A DNA stretch of 62,176 bases, counting the filler. It is 7 parts of 7 records of this genome, joined end to end, with 100 filler letters (N's around TTAATTAATTAA, not from the genome) between each part and the next. Parts side by side here need not be neighbours in the genome. Positions count along the whole stretch, not along the records: positions 20,242 to 39,682 come from SRR31156797_25737; positions 39,783 to 49,260 come from SRR31156797_25757; 5 more parts are not named here. The stretch is one strand, 5' to 3'. The notes under the pieces are model-generated. The model did no database searches. It was not told where the DNA came from and worked only from the letters and a program-made list of their open reading frames with translations. Positions 29,442 through 39,984 of this stretch are shown piece after piece (position 1 is the stretch's first letter; the number at the start of each line of letters is the position of its first letter). Position numbers and translations under genes: made by a program.

Positions 29442-30080
29442 CTAATAATCAAACGTTTCTCCCGGAATACTCTTCCCTTTATTAAGCGTAATGAGCAATC
29501 CAACATTTAAAGATAGACCTCCAACGCCAAAGGCATCAGCAAAATTTTCAATTTCTGCAGACTTAACCCCACTTTTATACTTTGCTTTATCACCTAAAAA
29601 TGGGAATGAATATCCAATTCCGGCTATCACACTTAGCATATTGCTATATTTATACCTAATTCCAGTATTAACAAGAATTGCATTATCTGGTGTAATCTCA
29701 TATACTGCCTGATCTTCATTTACATTTACATTAACCTTTTTCAGACCATTTGCATGATAGAAATATGCTCCAAACATTGGAGATAGATCTCTATCTCTTA
29801 ATGGGAAAGTACGAATTCCAAATCCAAATTTAGCCCCACTAAGGCCAATTCCAAATCCAAAATTATAGTCTATTATCTCATTGTGTAACATACTAAACTC
29901 AGCACCAAAAGCGTATGGATAGTCCCATCCCATATTTACACCAGCTCTGAATTGAAATTTTTGAAAGCTTTGAATAGAGTCACCTTTAGCCTCTGAAAGA
30001 TTGCTAGCATGTAATGATGATAAACCTAATAAATTAAAGAAAAAAATCCATAATAGAACTTTAATACAAATGCACTTCAT
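29442..30080 (-). CDS. Putative small outer-membrane beta-barrel protein
   Basis: Signal peptide; alternating Gly/aromatic beta-strands. Confidence 0.6.
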   Translation of the reverse strand: MKCICIKVLLWIFFFNLLGLSSLHASNLSEAKGDSIQSFQKFQFRAGVNMGWDYPYAFGAEFSMLHNEIIDYNFGFGIGLSGAKFGFGIRTFPLRDRDLSPMFGAYFYHANGLKKVNVNVNEDQAVYEITPDNAILVNTGIRYKYSNMLSVIAGIGYSFPFLGDKAKYKSGVKSAEIENFADAFGVGGLSLNVGLLITLNKGKSIPGETFDY

Positions 30081-30266
30081 AGTAGTTACATTTTTTAGCG
30101 AATAGCTTATGTTTTAAATGACAAAAATAAAAGTTTTTAAACAATGTAAGCAATCACAAAGCATTTGTCTTGCGCATTTATGCAATACAATTAAAATCAA
30201 TTACAGAAATAGCATATATGATAGTATAAGCTTAGATGATAAATTAGCAAAAGGGAACTTCTGCAT

Positions 30267-30773
30267 TCATTCAACCTTATCCAAAGTCATTTCAAAAAAC
30301 TGACTCCAATCTTCACCACGTTTAAATTCTCCGGTTTCATACCATTGGCCTTTATCGTTTAACCAAATGATATAACGCATATTCTCATTAGGGTACCAAT
30401 AAAACTTTTCTTCTATCAATTCTGCTTTAAAACTACCGCCCCGACCACTATTCAGATATGATTGAAAAGTGTAATTATTATCTGTTTTGTTATAAGTAAC
30501 AATTGCAAGCGCATTATGCGTTACTATACCATTTGTCTTCCCTAATCCTTCAATTAGCAGAGCCACTCCATCAATTTTGTATTGGACATTTTCAGTTTGG
30601 GTAAACACATGCTTTTTACCATCGCGCCCCATAATCCAACCTTCACCTTCCCATTGACCAACAATAAAATCGAGTTTTTTAATTTCGGATTGAGCTACTT
30701 CATCTGTTTGTTGTGGTTGAGCGAAAACCAATACAGTGCTTAACATAAATAGGGCTGTTGCAAAGATTCTCAT
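30267..30773 (-). CDS. Secreted DUF1579-like protein
   Basis: Signal peptide; KKLDFIVGQWEGEG...WSQFFEMTL. Confidence 0.7.
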   Translation of the reverse strand: MRIFATALFMLSTVLVFAQPQQTDEVAQSEIKKLDFIVGQWEGEGWIMGRDGKKHVFTQTENVQYKIDGVALLIEGLGKTNGIVTHNALAIVTYNKTDNNYTFQSYLNSGRGGSFKAELIEEKFYWYPNENMRYIIWLNDKGQWYETGEFKRGEDWSQFFEMTLDKVE

Positions 30774-30916
30774 AAGACTATTTTTTTTAGTTAGTATATT
30801 TTTGTAACAGCCTTATTTAAAAATAGTTTAAAAACAAAAACGAATATATTTGTAGCGACAAATATGAGCTGGCGGATTCAAGTATGCACCGCTAAGCTAT
30901 CCAAAGAAAAAAGATT

Positions 30917-31330
30917 ATGAAAATATTTATTACATTTTTTATCGTTCTATTTTCATTTTCAGGACTGGTTGCGCAAGAGCAAGTTCTGGAGATTTACCAT
31001 AAAAAAAAGAAAAAGAAAACGCATATAATTGATTACGATAGAACAGTATTTTTCAAAACACGAAATGTTGCCAACAAACAATTTCTTGTTGCTGCATATA
31101 AACTTGAGCGTATAGAAGGTGATAAGCTATATTTTGTTCCTGAAAGCGGTAATCATAAACCGATAGAAAAGTCTCTTACCCGAATTTGGAAAATCAAATT
31201 GAGAACTGGGGCTTCAATTGCAGGAACTTTGGCAAATACGATTATAACAGGAAGAGCTCAAGAAGCACTTCAGGAGTTTTATGTAAATCGATCTAAATGG
31301 GGTATTCGGGTCATTGACAATCCAGAATAA
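30917..31330 (+). CDS. Hypothetical exported protein
   Basis: Signal peptide; TATATTTG Bacteroidota-type promoter upstream. Confidence 0.6.
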   Translation: MKIFITFFIVLFSFSGLVAQEQVLEIYHKKKKKKTHIIDYDRTVFFKTRNVANKQFLVAAYKLERIEGDKLYFVPESGNHKPIEKSLTRIWKIKLRTGASIAGTLANTIITGRAQEALQEFYVNRSKWGIRVIDNPE

Positions 31331-31421
31331 ATAGCTATAAATCAAACACTTAAATCTATCATTGCAATACTAAAAATACTGTCACAATAAACATAACGGA
31401 TTGTTTAACTTTTAATTTTTA

Positions 31422-32039
31422 CTATAAATTTTCAATATTTCCGTCTGTAAGATGCTGCACATTCTCTGTAATACGCTCAATATCCCAATCCCACCATTTA
31501 ATTTCCAACAACTTTTTTATGGTTTCATCTGGAAAACGTCTTTTGAATTCTTTGGCTGGATTTCCTCCCACAATAGCGTATGGTTCCACATCTTTAACAA
31601 CTGTAGAATTCGCAGCAATAATAGCTCCATCACCTATTTTCACTCCCGCCATAATAGTAGCATTGTAACCAATCCACACATCGTTGCCCACAATTACATC
31701 ACCCTTATTGGGGTATGATTTACCTTCCATGGCATTTGCCCAATCTTTACCGAAAATAGCAAACGGATAGGCGCTTAATGCCTCGGAAAGATGGTTAGCT
31801 CCATTCATGATAAACTTTACGTCAGAGGCAATCATGCAAAACTTACCAATAATGAGTTTGTCTTCTGTAAAGTCAAAATGATATTTTACATTTTTTTCAA
31901 AATTCTCCACATTCTCAAAATCATCATAATAGGTGTAATCTCCTACTATGATGTTTGGGTTTTTGATTACATTTTTAAGGAAACAAAGTCTTTCGTATCC
32001 TTCCAATGGAAATTTTTGGTTTTTATCGGGGATATTCAT
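31422..32039 (-). CDS. Vat/CatB-family xenobiotic O-acetyltransferase
   Basis: PNIIVGDYTYYDD, DKLIIGKFCMIA, MNGANH, YPF, GNDVWIG hexapeptide repeats, GGNPAK, IKWWDW. Likely start is MNIPDK at 32039. Confidence 0.9.
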   Translation of the reverse strand: MNIPDKNQKFPLEGYERLCFLKNVIKNPNIIVGDYTYYDDFENVENFEKNVKYHFDFTEDKLIIGKFCMIASDVKFIMNGANHLSEALSAYPFAIFGKDWANAMEGKSYPNKGDVIVGNDVWIGYNATIMAGVKIGDGAIIAANSTVVKDVEPYAIVGGNPAKEFKRRFPDETIKKLLEIKWWDWDIERITENVQHLTDGNIENL

Positions 32040-32217
32040 TTCTAATTTTCCTTTAGTTTTTATTAACCTCAGTTCGATTGAGATAGTGCTTTTAATCTTG
32101 GCATACTCCTCAAGCAAATCTATTTATGCTTTTTGAAATTAATGATTCATTTCCTGAAACAATTTTTTCTCAATATCGCAACTTAAAGGCATCATTATGT
32201 ATTGCTCAAAATTTTGT

Positions 32218-33369
32218 CTATTTACTAAATACAGAAAGCAACTTCATCATCAGCACAACTGACTGCTTTACTTCTTCTATTTGATTTAATGTACCCGATA
32301 CATAGACGTCTAAATCAGGACTATAATACATAAAAGACCCAATTGCTCCTGAATGGCCAATTACATTAATTTTAGGAAGCGTTGGAAAAAGCTCATTAAA
32401 TACAATTTTTCTTAATCCAAAACCATAATACATTCCTTTAGTTTCAGGTACCCACTGTTGCATTATTCTCAATGTTGAATCAGCAACTATTTCGCCATTC
32501 ATCAAGGATTGTAAAAAGCTATTCAGATCGCTGGCAGTCGATACAATTCCTCCACCAGCCCAATCAAGCGTTAGGCTTTTCATTTTAGTAAGCTCATATT
32601 CTCCGGCATAGAATTCAGCTATTGGAGCTGTTTTAGTAATGGGATCCGATCGTAAATGAATGTAGGTATGATTCAGTTTAAATGGAGCAAAAATGTTTTC
32701 CATGAAAAAATCAGAAAGTTTTTGTCCACTGATTTTTTCTATTATCATTCCTAAAAGCACATATTCAGTATCGGTATACATATAACCTGTTCCCGGTTTA
32801 AAAAGTGGTTTCATATTATCTTTTGCTATTGAAACCATTTCAGCAGGTGTCCAAGTCTTGTCAGTATCTTCAAATAACAACTCCATTCCATTAGGAGAAT
32901 TATCAATGGTTTTACCTTCAAAATAATCTGGCAATCCGGAGGTGTGTTGAAGCAAATGTGCTATAGTAATTTCATCAGAATAATCATTTCCCTCCAGCAT
33001 ATGCAGTCCTTTCATTATACTGTCAGGTAAATACTTTGTGATCTTATCATCGAAATTCAACTTTTGCTTTTCTGACAGCATGGCTATGGAAACTGCTGTA
33101 AAAGTTTTACCGATACTTGCCGTATAGAAAGGGTTATTTAACGACACTGATTCTCCATTAAAGAATTTGCCTTCAGCAAATTGCCAATCAATTCCCAGTG
33201 TCGGTGAAAAGATATTCAAAAAAACTGAGTTTACATTCTTCTTTTTCAGCTCCTTTGCTACAAGTTTAGCGATCATATTTTGTTTTTTAGAATGGTTTTG
33301 AGAAACCGCCGTCATCGCTAACAAGCTGCTAATTAATAATATATATATTATTTTCCTCATCTTATTCAA
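32218..33369 (-). CDS. Serine hydrolase, beta-lactamase/D-Ala-D-Ala carboxypeptidase family
   Basis: ASIGK (SxxK), LLQHTSG, YTDTEY, GHSG; signal peptide. Confidence 0.9.
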   Translation of the reverse strand: MNKMRKIIYILLISSLLAMTAVSQNHSKKQNMIAKLVAKELKKKNVNSVFLNIFSPTLGIDWQFAEGKFFNGESVSLNNPFYTASIGKTFTAVSIAMLSEKQKLNFDDKITKYLPDSIMKGLHMLEGNDYSDEITIAHLLQHTSGLPDYFEGKTIDNSPNGMELLFEDTDKTWTPAEMVSIAKDNMKPLFKPGTGYMYTDTEYVLLGMIIEKISGQKLSDFFMENIFAPFKLNHTYIHLRSDPITKTAPIAEFYAGEYELTKMKSLTLDWAGGGIVSTASDLNSFLQSLMNGEIVADSTLRIMQQWVPETKGMYYGFGLRKIVFNELFPTLPKINVIGHSGAIGSFMYYSPDLDVYVSGTLNQIEEVKQSVVLMMKLLSVFSK

Positions 33370-33411
33370 ATTTTAATTTTTACTATCATTAAGATTCTTA
33401 ACATTTACATA

Positions 33412-34275
33412 CTATTTAAGGTTTTTAACTTCTTCTGTATAAAAATGCTTTAAATGATGTTCACCATAGGTTGGAGCAATATTGTCCTTTGCCATTAAAG
33501 TTAGAAAAAATTCAATCGGTCCATAGGTTTTAACTGATGTAAAGGTTCTTAAACTCCAAAGCGTTAGTTTTCTTAAAAAATCTGGTAAATGAACTATTTT
33601 TACAGGTTTGTTCAACGCTGCCAGAGCAAGTTTGCTAATATCATTTAGACTTAAAACATCTGGCCCTCCAATAGTTAATTCCCTATGATTATCGTCTAGT
33701 GAGTCTACAATGGCTTTTGCCAAATCTTTGCCATGAATAGGGTTAAATTTTTGATCACCTGATCCAAATAAATAAACACGCCCAGATTTGGCCATTTGTA
33801 GAAAATCCTTCATATCTGAGAAAAAACCATTAGGTCTTACTATAGTATAGTTTAACCCGGAAGATTTTAAAGCATCGACAAATTTTTCCTTAGCTTCAAA
33901 GATTTTTAGATTTCGGTATTTATCACCATTAATCGCAGACACATAAACGAAGCGATTTACACCAGCCTTTTTAGCTTCTTCAAGCAAATTCATATTGGCC
34001 TGATAATCTACATCCATATATGTTAGCCCGTCTTTTTGTCTGGTGATACCCACCGTAGAAATGATCGTATCAATCCCTTTACAAATATCTCTTAAGGTTT
34101 CCGGGTCTGTTACTTGTGCTTGTTTAATTTCTAAATAGTTTTCATTAAAACTTGGCAAAGATTCAGGGTTACGAACAATAGCAATGACCTGATTTTGTTT
34201 TTCAATTAGTACTTTTAATAAATAACTACCTAAATAACCTGTAGCTCCTGCTAACAATATGTTTTTCTGCATCAT
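33412..34275 (-). CDS. NAD(P)H-binding atypical SDR oxidoreductase
   Basis: ILLAGATGYLG, VDYQAN, RPNGFFSD, NPIHG. Confidence 0.9.
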   Translation of the reverse strand: MMQKNILLAGATGYLGSYLLKVLIEKQNQVIAIVRNPESLPSFNENYLEIKQAQVTDPETLRDICKGIDTIISTVGITRQKDGLTYMDVDYQANMNLLEEAKKAGVNRFVYVSAINGDKYRNLKIFEAKEKFVDALKSSGLNYTIVRPNGFFSDMKDFLQMAKSGRVYLFGSGDQKFNPIHGKDLAKAIVDSLDDNHRELTIGGPDVLSLNDISKLALAALNKPVKIVHLPDFLRKLTLWSLRTFTSVKTYGPIEFFLTLMAKDNIAPTYGEHHLKHFYTEEVKNLK

Positions 34276-34386
34276 TTTAAATAGGTTTAGAAGGTTAATT
34301 AAACTCGTTTGTTAATAATTGTTCAATATTTTATATCGAACAGAGGTTATTATTTTTTTGCAAGGTATGTCTATAAAATACTCAAT

Positions 34387-35001
34387 TTAAAAAGCATAAC
34401 CAATAGAAAATTCTCCAAGAAACGGGCTCGCAAAATCATATTTATCCTCAAATTCTTCTAATCTTTCTTTAAACCCTGCTTCATCGGTTTCAACATTCTT
34501 AGTTTTGAAGGTGTAGCCATATCCCAGTAAAAATGTTATGTTAAACCCACTGTTCCATGCCCACCTGCGGCCTATGTTTGCTCCTAACGTTAACTCGGGT
34601 AGTGAAAAATTAATCGTTTCATTATTCCATTTACCATCGCCTTTGTAAATTCTGCCACGACTAAATGCACCTGCGAAATATGAATTCATTTGCTTCTGAA
34701 AATGATATCTGTAGTTAACGATGAGTGCTGCACCGAAAGCATCAATTTGTGCATCTGAATAAGTCTTTGGAATATGCTCATAATCTGCACGCAAAACAAA
34801 ACCATGCTTTGATTTATGTAAATATTCATAATTGACCGAAAATATGCCAAACGCAACCCCACCCGGGCAAGTATTTATGGCATGTTTAAAATTTATGCGA
34901 CGCTCAGTAGTGTCGTTTTTCTTAATATCATTTTGACCTGCAGCTAAATGACTTATAAACAATAACCCGATTGATAATTTTAGTATTTTAATAATGTTCA
35001 T
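34387..35001 (-). CDS. DUF3575-like outer-membrane protein
   Basis: Signal peptide, beta-strands, C-terminal SIGYAF. Confidence 0.7.
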   Translation of the reverse strand: MNIIKILKLSIGLLFISHLAAGQNDIKKNDTTERRINFKHAINTCPGGVAFGIFSVNYEYLHKSKHGFVLRADYEHIPKTYSDAQIDAFGAALIVNYRYHFQKQMNSYFAGAFSRGRIYKGDGKWNNETINFSLPELTLGANIGRRWAWNSGFNITFLLGYGYTFKTKNVETDEAGFKERLEEFEDKYDFASPFLGEFSIGYAF

Positions 35002-35055
35002 TTGTTTATTTTTAATAATTAAAGAATTGTAAATTTTTACTCGTTAGACAAAATC

Positions 35056-35706
35056 TTAAAAATTCCACCCTAAGTAAATCTGTGGCTCAAGTAGAAAGTA
35101 GTTTCTCCACTTATCGTCCAACTGCTTAAATCCATCAGGAGCATTGTTGTCAGACGTCCAAAGCATACAATTAATCTGTGGTTCTATAAAAAAATGCTTT
35201 TTCTTACCAAATGCGACATGGTAGCCTAAATGATAGGAAGTATAAAGTTTAAAGCCATTTTTAATTTTATTACCGTCTAAATCCAAATAGGTTTGAAGTT
35301 GCGGTAAAACTTCAGCAGTTGCAAATAACCCTTTCCATAGCATACGTTGGTAGGATAAACCTAATCCCATTGTTCGCACATGTCCTGGATAGTATTCACT
35401 TTCTGTTTCTATTTTATCCAATAGACCATCCCACCATGTGATTCCCATTGGCTGAAACAATCGAAAGTGGGCAAACTTTACACCTATGATGTTCTTATTA
35501 TCAAGGTTTCGTTTTACATGAAACTCTATGTGTTGTGTACTAGTGCGATCGTTCCAAGAACTCAAAATAAGTGATTCAGGAACAAAATAAGGCATACTCA
35601 CCCTGTACTTATGGTCAACTTCAGTTTCCTTTCTCTCTGGCGAGTTAGATTGAGCAAAAGCACTAAATGTGCAAGAAAGTAAAAGAATTGTAAATAAATT
35701 TTTCAT
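35056..35706 (-). CDS. Hypothetical outer-membrane protein
   Basis: Signal peptide; C-terminal YLGWNF; FFIEPQ strand motifs. Confidence 0.7.
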   Translation of the reverse strand: MKNLFTILLLSCTFSAFAQSNSPERKETEVDHKYRVSMPYFVPESLILSSWNDRTSTQHIEFHVKRNLDNKNIIGVKFAHFRLFQPMGITWWDGLLDKIETESEYYPGHVRTMGLGLSYQRMLWKGLFATAEVLPQLQTYLDLDGNKIKNGFKLYTSYHLGYHVAFGKKKHFFIEPQINCMLWTSDNNAPDGFKQLDDKWRNYFLLEPQIYLGWNF

Positions 35707-35737
35707 AATTTAAAGATTAATTTTAGGACAAAAATAT

Positions 35738-35799
35738 GTCCTGTAAAGACGGTAGTCGTCCTGAAATGTAATTCAGTACCTTTTGAAGAAATTCAGTAC
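35738..35799. promoter_or_regulatory. Direct repeats with 20-bp period, putative AraC operator
   Basis: GTCCTG at 35738 and 35758; AATTCAGTAC at 35770 and 35790; upstream of the 35706 gene. Confidence 0.5.
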
Positions 35800-35857
35800 T
35801 TGAAACGAGCCATGATAAAGAACTCACATAAAAGTAGATGACTAAATTGGCGAGTTC

Positions 35858-35873
35858 CCCCGATGCATCGGGG
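35858..35873. repeat. REP-like GC palindrome
   Basis: CCCCGATGCATCGGGG, a perfect palindrome in AT-rich intergenic DNA. Confidence 0.5.
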
Positions 35874-35937
35874 CAGGCTATGTGACCATTGAAAATAAAT
35901 TTAGACACATGAAAAAGAAGATAAAATGCCGTGTGAC

Positions 35938-37725
35938 TTATTGGCTTAGCAGCCATTCCTTGGGAGACATATTCATTTTTTTCTTGAAAAATGAATTAAA
36001 AACCGTTTTAGAATTAAACCCGCTTTCAAATGCTTTTCCTAAAATGGTAAAATGTTCAAACTTCTGGTCAGTTGAAATTTTACAAAAATAATCGACCCTA
36101 TATTGATTAATCAATTCATTGAAGTTGCATTGGTAGTGCTCATTAATAATTTGAGACAATCTATTGGGATGTAAATTCACTTTTTCTGCCATTTTACGCA
36201 AACTTAAATCTGAGTCTAAAAACAATTGCTCTGATTCTAAAAGACTATTAATTAGCGTGATAACATCAGAATAATCCTGAATGTTAACTTTTTGAGTCGA
36301 AATACTTTTAGGCGATTCTACTTCATCTTTTATTTTCAAGGGTTCAGGAAAAAGTGCTTTAAAATCGTCAAACTGATGCAGCGATTCAAAAAAACGGTCA
36401 TACCTAAAGTTTACTAATTGCCCTCTTCGCTCTTCAACTCCTATCTTTATTTGTTCAATGGCTTCTTTAGTATAAATTGAATTAGCAAGAATAAATAATT
36501 CGTAAGGAACTAACTTATTTGGATAAGACTTTTCATCAACCAATTTTTGTAAATATTGACTATTTTGCTCCAGGTCAGTTCCATTTATTAAACCATAAAG
36601 ATGTTTTAAGGCTATAGGATCAATTGACTTTTCTATTGCTAGCTCAAAACTTTTTTTATCGTTCAGCCACAAATAGCATAACGCTTGAAATTCGAGAGCC
36701 AATCCAAATTCAGGATTAAAACGAAGCGATTTTTCAAACAGTTCAAGAGCCTCCTTGTAATTTCTTCTGAAATATTTTATATGCGCCAGTGTATAATAAT
36801 GATTTGCCGACATTGGGTCAACTTCAATAGCTTTCTGCGTATATTTCTCAGCCATATCGTAATAACCGTTAGCGAGGTGCAATTCAGCCATGGCTTCAAG
36901 CGCATCGGTATATGACGGGTCAATTTTCAAGGTTTGCTTCAATCTATCATAAGCTTCATTAAAATCCCATTCGCCCCAAAAACTTTTTCCTGCAAAAGAC
37001 ATTGGATAATCAGGCAATGAATTATCGATATCTGCTGCAATCATTAAATGACTAATTGCCTTCTCCATTCCCTCATCCTTAGACATATAGCCCCACATCA
37101 CCAGCAACCCGTAGCTTTGTACAGCGCCATAATGTGCCCGTGCAAAATGAGGATCTATCTGTACCGACTGTTCATATAATTCAATAGCAAGTTTTAATGA
37201 TTCAGGAGTCCATAATAGTTGGTTATATCTGGCCTTGAGATACAATTCATATGAATCAAGACTTGAAGTAGGTTTTTGTACCAAATGATCTTGTATTTCA
37301 AAATGCCCAAAATTTTCTCGTATCTGATCAGCAATATTTAAACTTATTTCATCTTGTAATTCAAAAATATCTCCAATCACACGATCATAATTTTCCGAAA
37401 AAATATGTATTCCTTCATTGGTTTCTATAAGCTGAGCCGTAACCCGTATTCTATCTTTTGTCCTACGCACACTTCCTTCCAGGACCGCCTTTACTCCAAG
37501 CTCCTTACCAATTATTCGCACATCGATATTTTTACCTTTAAAAGCGAATGATGAAGTACGAGCAATGACCTTCAATCCCTGAACCTTTGTAAGTGCATTA
37601 ATAATCTCCTCTGTGATTCCATCTGCGAAATAGTCATTTTCTGTTTCTTGACTGAAACTTACAAATGGCAGAACTGCAATTGATTTTTGATGTATTTTTT
37701 CAGCTATATTATTTTGGACATTCAT
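35938..37725 (-). CDS. TolB-like/TPR/AraC-family transcriptional regulator
   Basis: SIAVLPF...YFADGITEEIINAL...VIARTSSFAFK domain; TPRs; C-terminal LSQIIN...FESGFNSKTVFNSFFKK HTH. Confidence 0.9.
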   Translation of the reverse strand: MNVQNNIAEKIHQKSIAVLPFVSFSQETENDYFADGITEEIINALTKVQGLKVIARTSSFAFKGKNIDVRIIGKELGVKAVLEGSVRRTKDRIRVTAQLIETNEGIHIFSENYDRVIGDIFELQDEISLNIADQIRENFGHFEIQDHLVQKPTSSLDSYELYLKARYNQLLWTPESLKLAIELYEQSVQIDPHFARAHYGAVQSYGLLVMWGYMSKDEGMEKAISHLMIAADIDNSLPDYPMSFAGKSFWGEWDFNEAYDRLKQTLKIDPSYTDALEAMAELHLANGYYDMAEKYTQKAIEVDPMSANHYYTLAHIKYFRRNYKEALELFEKSLRFNPEFGLALEFQALCYLWLNDKKSFELAIEKSIDPIALKHLYGLINGTDLEQNSQYLQKLVDEKSYPNKLVPYELFILANSIYTKEAIEQIKIGVEERRGQLVNFRYDRFFESLHQFDDFKALFPEPLKIKDEVESPKSISTQKVNIQDYSDVITLINSLLESEQLFLDSDLSLRKMAEKVNLHPNRLSQIINEHYQCNFNELINQYRVDYFCKISTDQKFEHFTILGKAFESGFNSKTVFNSFFKKKMNMSPKEWLLSQ

Positions 37726-37812
37726 TAGAGCAAATATATCCTGAAAACAATCAACAATATATTGTGTTCAAATCATTACATTGAATAACCCATTATTTCC
37801 GAAACCAAATGG

Positions 37813-38841
37813 TTATCTTTTCCGAATGATTCTTACTATTCGCTTGTAAGCAACCTCCGAAAGCGACCAGTTGTATCCTTTAAAATTAACAGTATTAGTA
37901 AATTGAACAACTACCGCATCAATATCTTTGTGATATCTTGCAATACTTTGATAACCAGGAATCAATCCTGTGTGATAATATCTGTAAATGGAAGAGTAGA
38001 TTTCCTGCTCACCGTTGTCAAACAATGATCCATCATTCAAGGCGCGTAAAAAAATTCCCACATCCTCAGCTGTTGCTAACATGCCCTGCTTTTCCGTTTT
38101 TAAATCATGCGGATATCCCACATAATATCCACTCATTACGTCATCAATATTAACATCATCTAGCGTAGCAAACGTGTTTCTTAATTTTAATCGATTCAAA
38201 ATTCGCTCCTGAATAAAATCAAAATGCGAATAACCTAATACACGATCCATTATTTCGCCAAGCAATAGATAATTGGTATTGCTATATTTATATCGCTTAT
38301 CAGGTTTGAATTTTGCTTTTAAATCAAGCACCAGGTTTAATTTCTCTGCATTGCTTTCTTTTGGATGTGCCCAATAATTATCAATACTGGTATAATTGGG
38401 AATGCCGCTTCTATGCATAACCAACATACGCAATGTAATTTGATCGGCATATTCAATTCGGTCTTTTAGCTCAGGCATATAATATGCTAGTGTTTTATCT
38501 AAAGACAATTTTCCATCATTCACCATTTTCGTCACAGACACTGCATTATACAACTTATAGATACTTGCAATTTTGAATAACGAATGAGGATCAGCAGGAA
38601 CATTTCCTTCTCGAGATTTTAATCCAGAAGCATAATACTCGGGTTCTTTATCACCCTGTTGTACATAGACAATAACTCCATCAAAGCCATAACCCACAGT
38701 TTTATCAACTTGCTCTTGTACAGTATTCGGCAATGGAGTAAGCCAAACCTTTAAAATCGCCCAGGGTATAAAAAATATTGAAACAACGGTTCCCATTACT
38801 AATAATATTTTTATTAATCGTTTAATTCGCTTTTTTCTCAT
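37813..38841 (-). CDS. Serine hydrolase, beta-lactamase family
   Basis: FKIASIYK (SxxK), HRSGIPNY, YSNTNY, HTG. Confidence 0.88.
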   Translation of the reverse strand: MRKKRIKRLIKILLVMGTVVSIFFIPWAILKVWLTPLPNTVQEQVDKTVGYGFDGVIVYVQQGDKEPEYYASGLKSREGNVPADPHSLFKIASIYKLYNAVSVTKMVNDGKLSLDKTLAYYMPELKDRIEYADQITLRMLVMHRSGIPNYTSIDNYWAHPKESNAEKLNLVLDLKAKFKPDKRYKYSNTNYLLLGEIMDRVLGYSHFDFIQERILNRLKLRNTFATLDDVNIDDVMSGYYVGYPHDLKTEKQGMLATAEDVGIFLRALNDGSLFDNGEQEIYSSIYRYYHTGLIPGYQSIARYHKDIDAVVVQFTNTVNFKGYNWSLSEVAYKRIVRIIRKR

Positions 38842-39508
38842 TTTTAAATCCTTTAAATATTAACCAAACGGCTAACAACAATTCAGCTAAAGCCATTGGT
38901 AAAGCTGCTATATCTATAACATTCTGTAGCACAACTGTATTCAAAATATTAGTCAGCTTAAAAATGTTGGTTAGCGCATAAAGAACACCTCCCAAGTAAA
39001 GCAGATACCCAAAAAACTTTGGTACAATAACAGACTTAATGGACAAATATCCCAATCCAATTAAATGCAACCCAAAAATTATAAGTCCAAACGACCATAT
39101 TTGTTCAAATCGTTGCAATAATAACGTAATCATATTGGCTGAACTTATCGGTTCCTGAATGAAATAAATGGAGACTAATTGATAAACCGCCACTCCTAAT
39201 ATTAAGGTATAAATCAGTCGTAATCCTGCTGTAATTTGCGACCATACTTTATTTGTGCTATTGAAGAACTTTAAAAGTGAAAAAGTCACAATTAAATCTG
39301 TCAAAAAAATGACAACCCACCCGACAATACCAGCTAAGAATATTAGCCTATTATTCGCAATGTTTTGTGCTGTAGCATATGGCGTTTCCGCCACTATGCT
39401 ACTCTGTACATATCCGTAAGAAAATCCTGCAGCTATTGCCATTACAATCAATGAAATACCTGCTATAAGTCCTGCTCTTTTTTCTAATTTATTCATATCT
39501 AAAATCAT
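38822..39508 (-). CDS. DUF4386-family membrane protein
   Basis: Six TM helices; GLIIFGLHL..LGYL, ELLLAVWLIFKG. Confidence 0.8.
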   Translation of the reverse strand: MILDMNKLEKRAGLIAGISLIVMAIAAGFSYGYVQSSIVAETPYATAQNIANNRLIFLAGIVGWVVIFLTDLIVTFSLLKFFNSTNKVWSQITAGLRLIYTLILGVAVYQLVSIYFIQEPISSANMITLLLQRFEQIWSFGLIIFGLHLIGLGYLSIKSVIVPKFFGYLLYLGGVLYALTNIFKLTNILNTVVLQNVIDIAALPMALAELLLAVWLIFKGFKNEKKAN

Positions 39509-39682
39509 TAATAAATAATAAAAATATTTTACGTTCCCTGAAATCCTTGAAAATTCACATATAATAGGCTTTTTACATGGCTACTATTGAATTGATTAGA
39601 ATAAATGACTCTTTTAATAAATCTAATAATGATTTTACTATATCAATAAAAATGTCTCAAGCCGACGGGCTCTTCATTTTTG

Positions 39683-39782
39683 NNNNNNNNNNNNNNNNNN
39701 NNNNNNNNNNNNNNNNNNNNNNNNNNTTAATTAATTAANNNNNNNNNNNNNNNNNNNNNNNNNNNNNNNNNNNNNNNNNNNN
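39683..39782. other. Artificial contig spacer
   Basis: N-run/TTAATTAATTAA/N-run. Confidence 0.98.
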
Positions 39783-39783
39783 G

Positions 39784-39984
39784 CATATTTTCGAACCCTT
39801 TTTCACAACCAAAGAGGAGGGAAAAGGTACTGGATTGGGGCTTAGTGTGGTTTACGGCATCATTGAAAATCATAACGGCCTCATCACCGCAAAAAGCGTC
39901 CCCGGTCGAGGCAGCACTTTTATCGTTGAACTTCCCACGACCCGTGAAACAGAAAAAGGAGCGGAACATGCAGACCAAACCTGA
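39784..39984 (+). CDS. Histidine kinase HATPase C-terminus (5'-truncated)
   Basis: Manual translation [32 protein letters not shown]...GSTFIVELP. Confidence 0.9.
   Translation, partial: HIFEPFFTTKEEGKGTGLGLSVVYGIIENHNGLITAKSVPGRGSTFIVELPTTRETEKGAEHADQT

Noticed and set aside
30860-30905. attC-like / integron cassette remnant among short Bacteroidota genes
   Set aside because: Only a weak hairpin, no RYYYAAC...GTTRRRY boundaries, not repeated, and no integrase.
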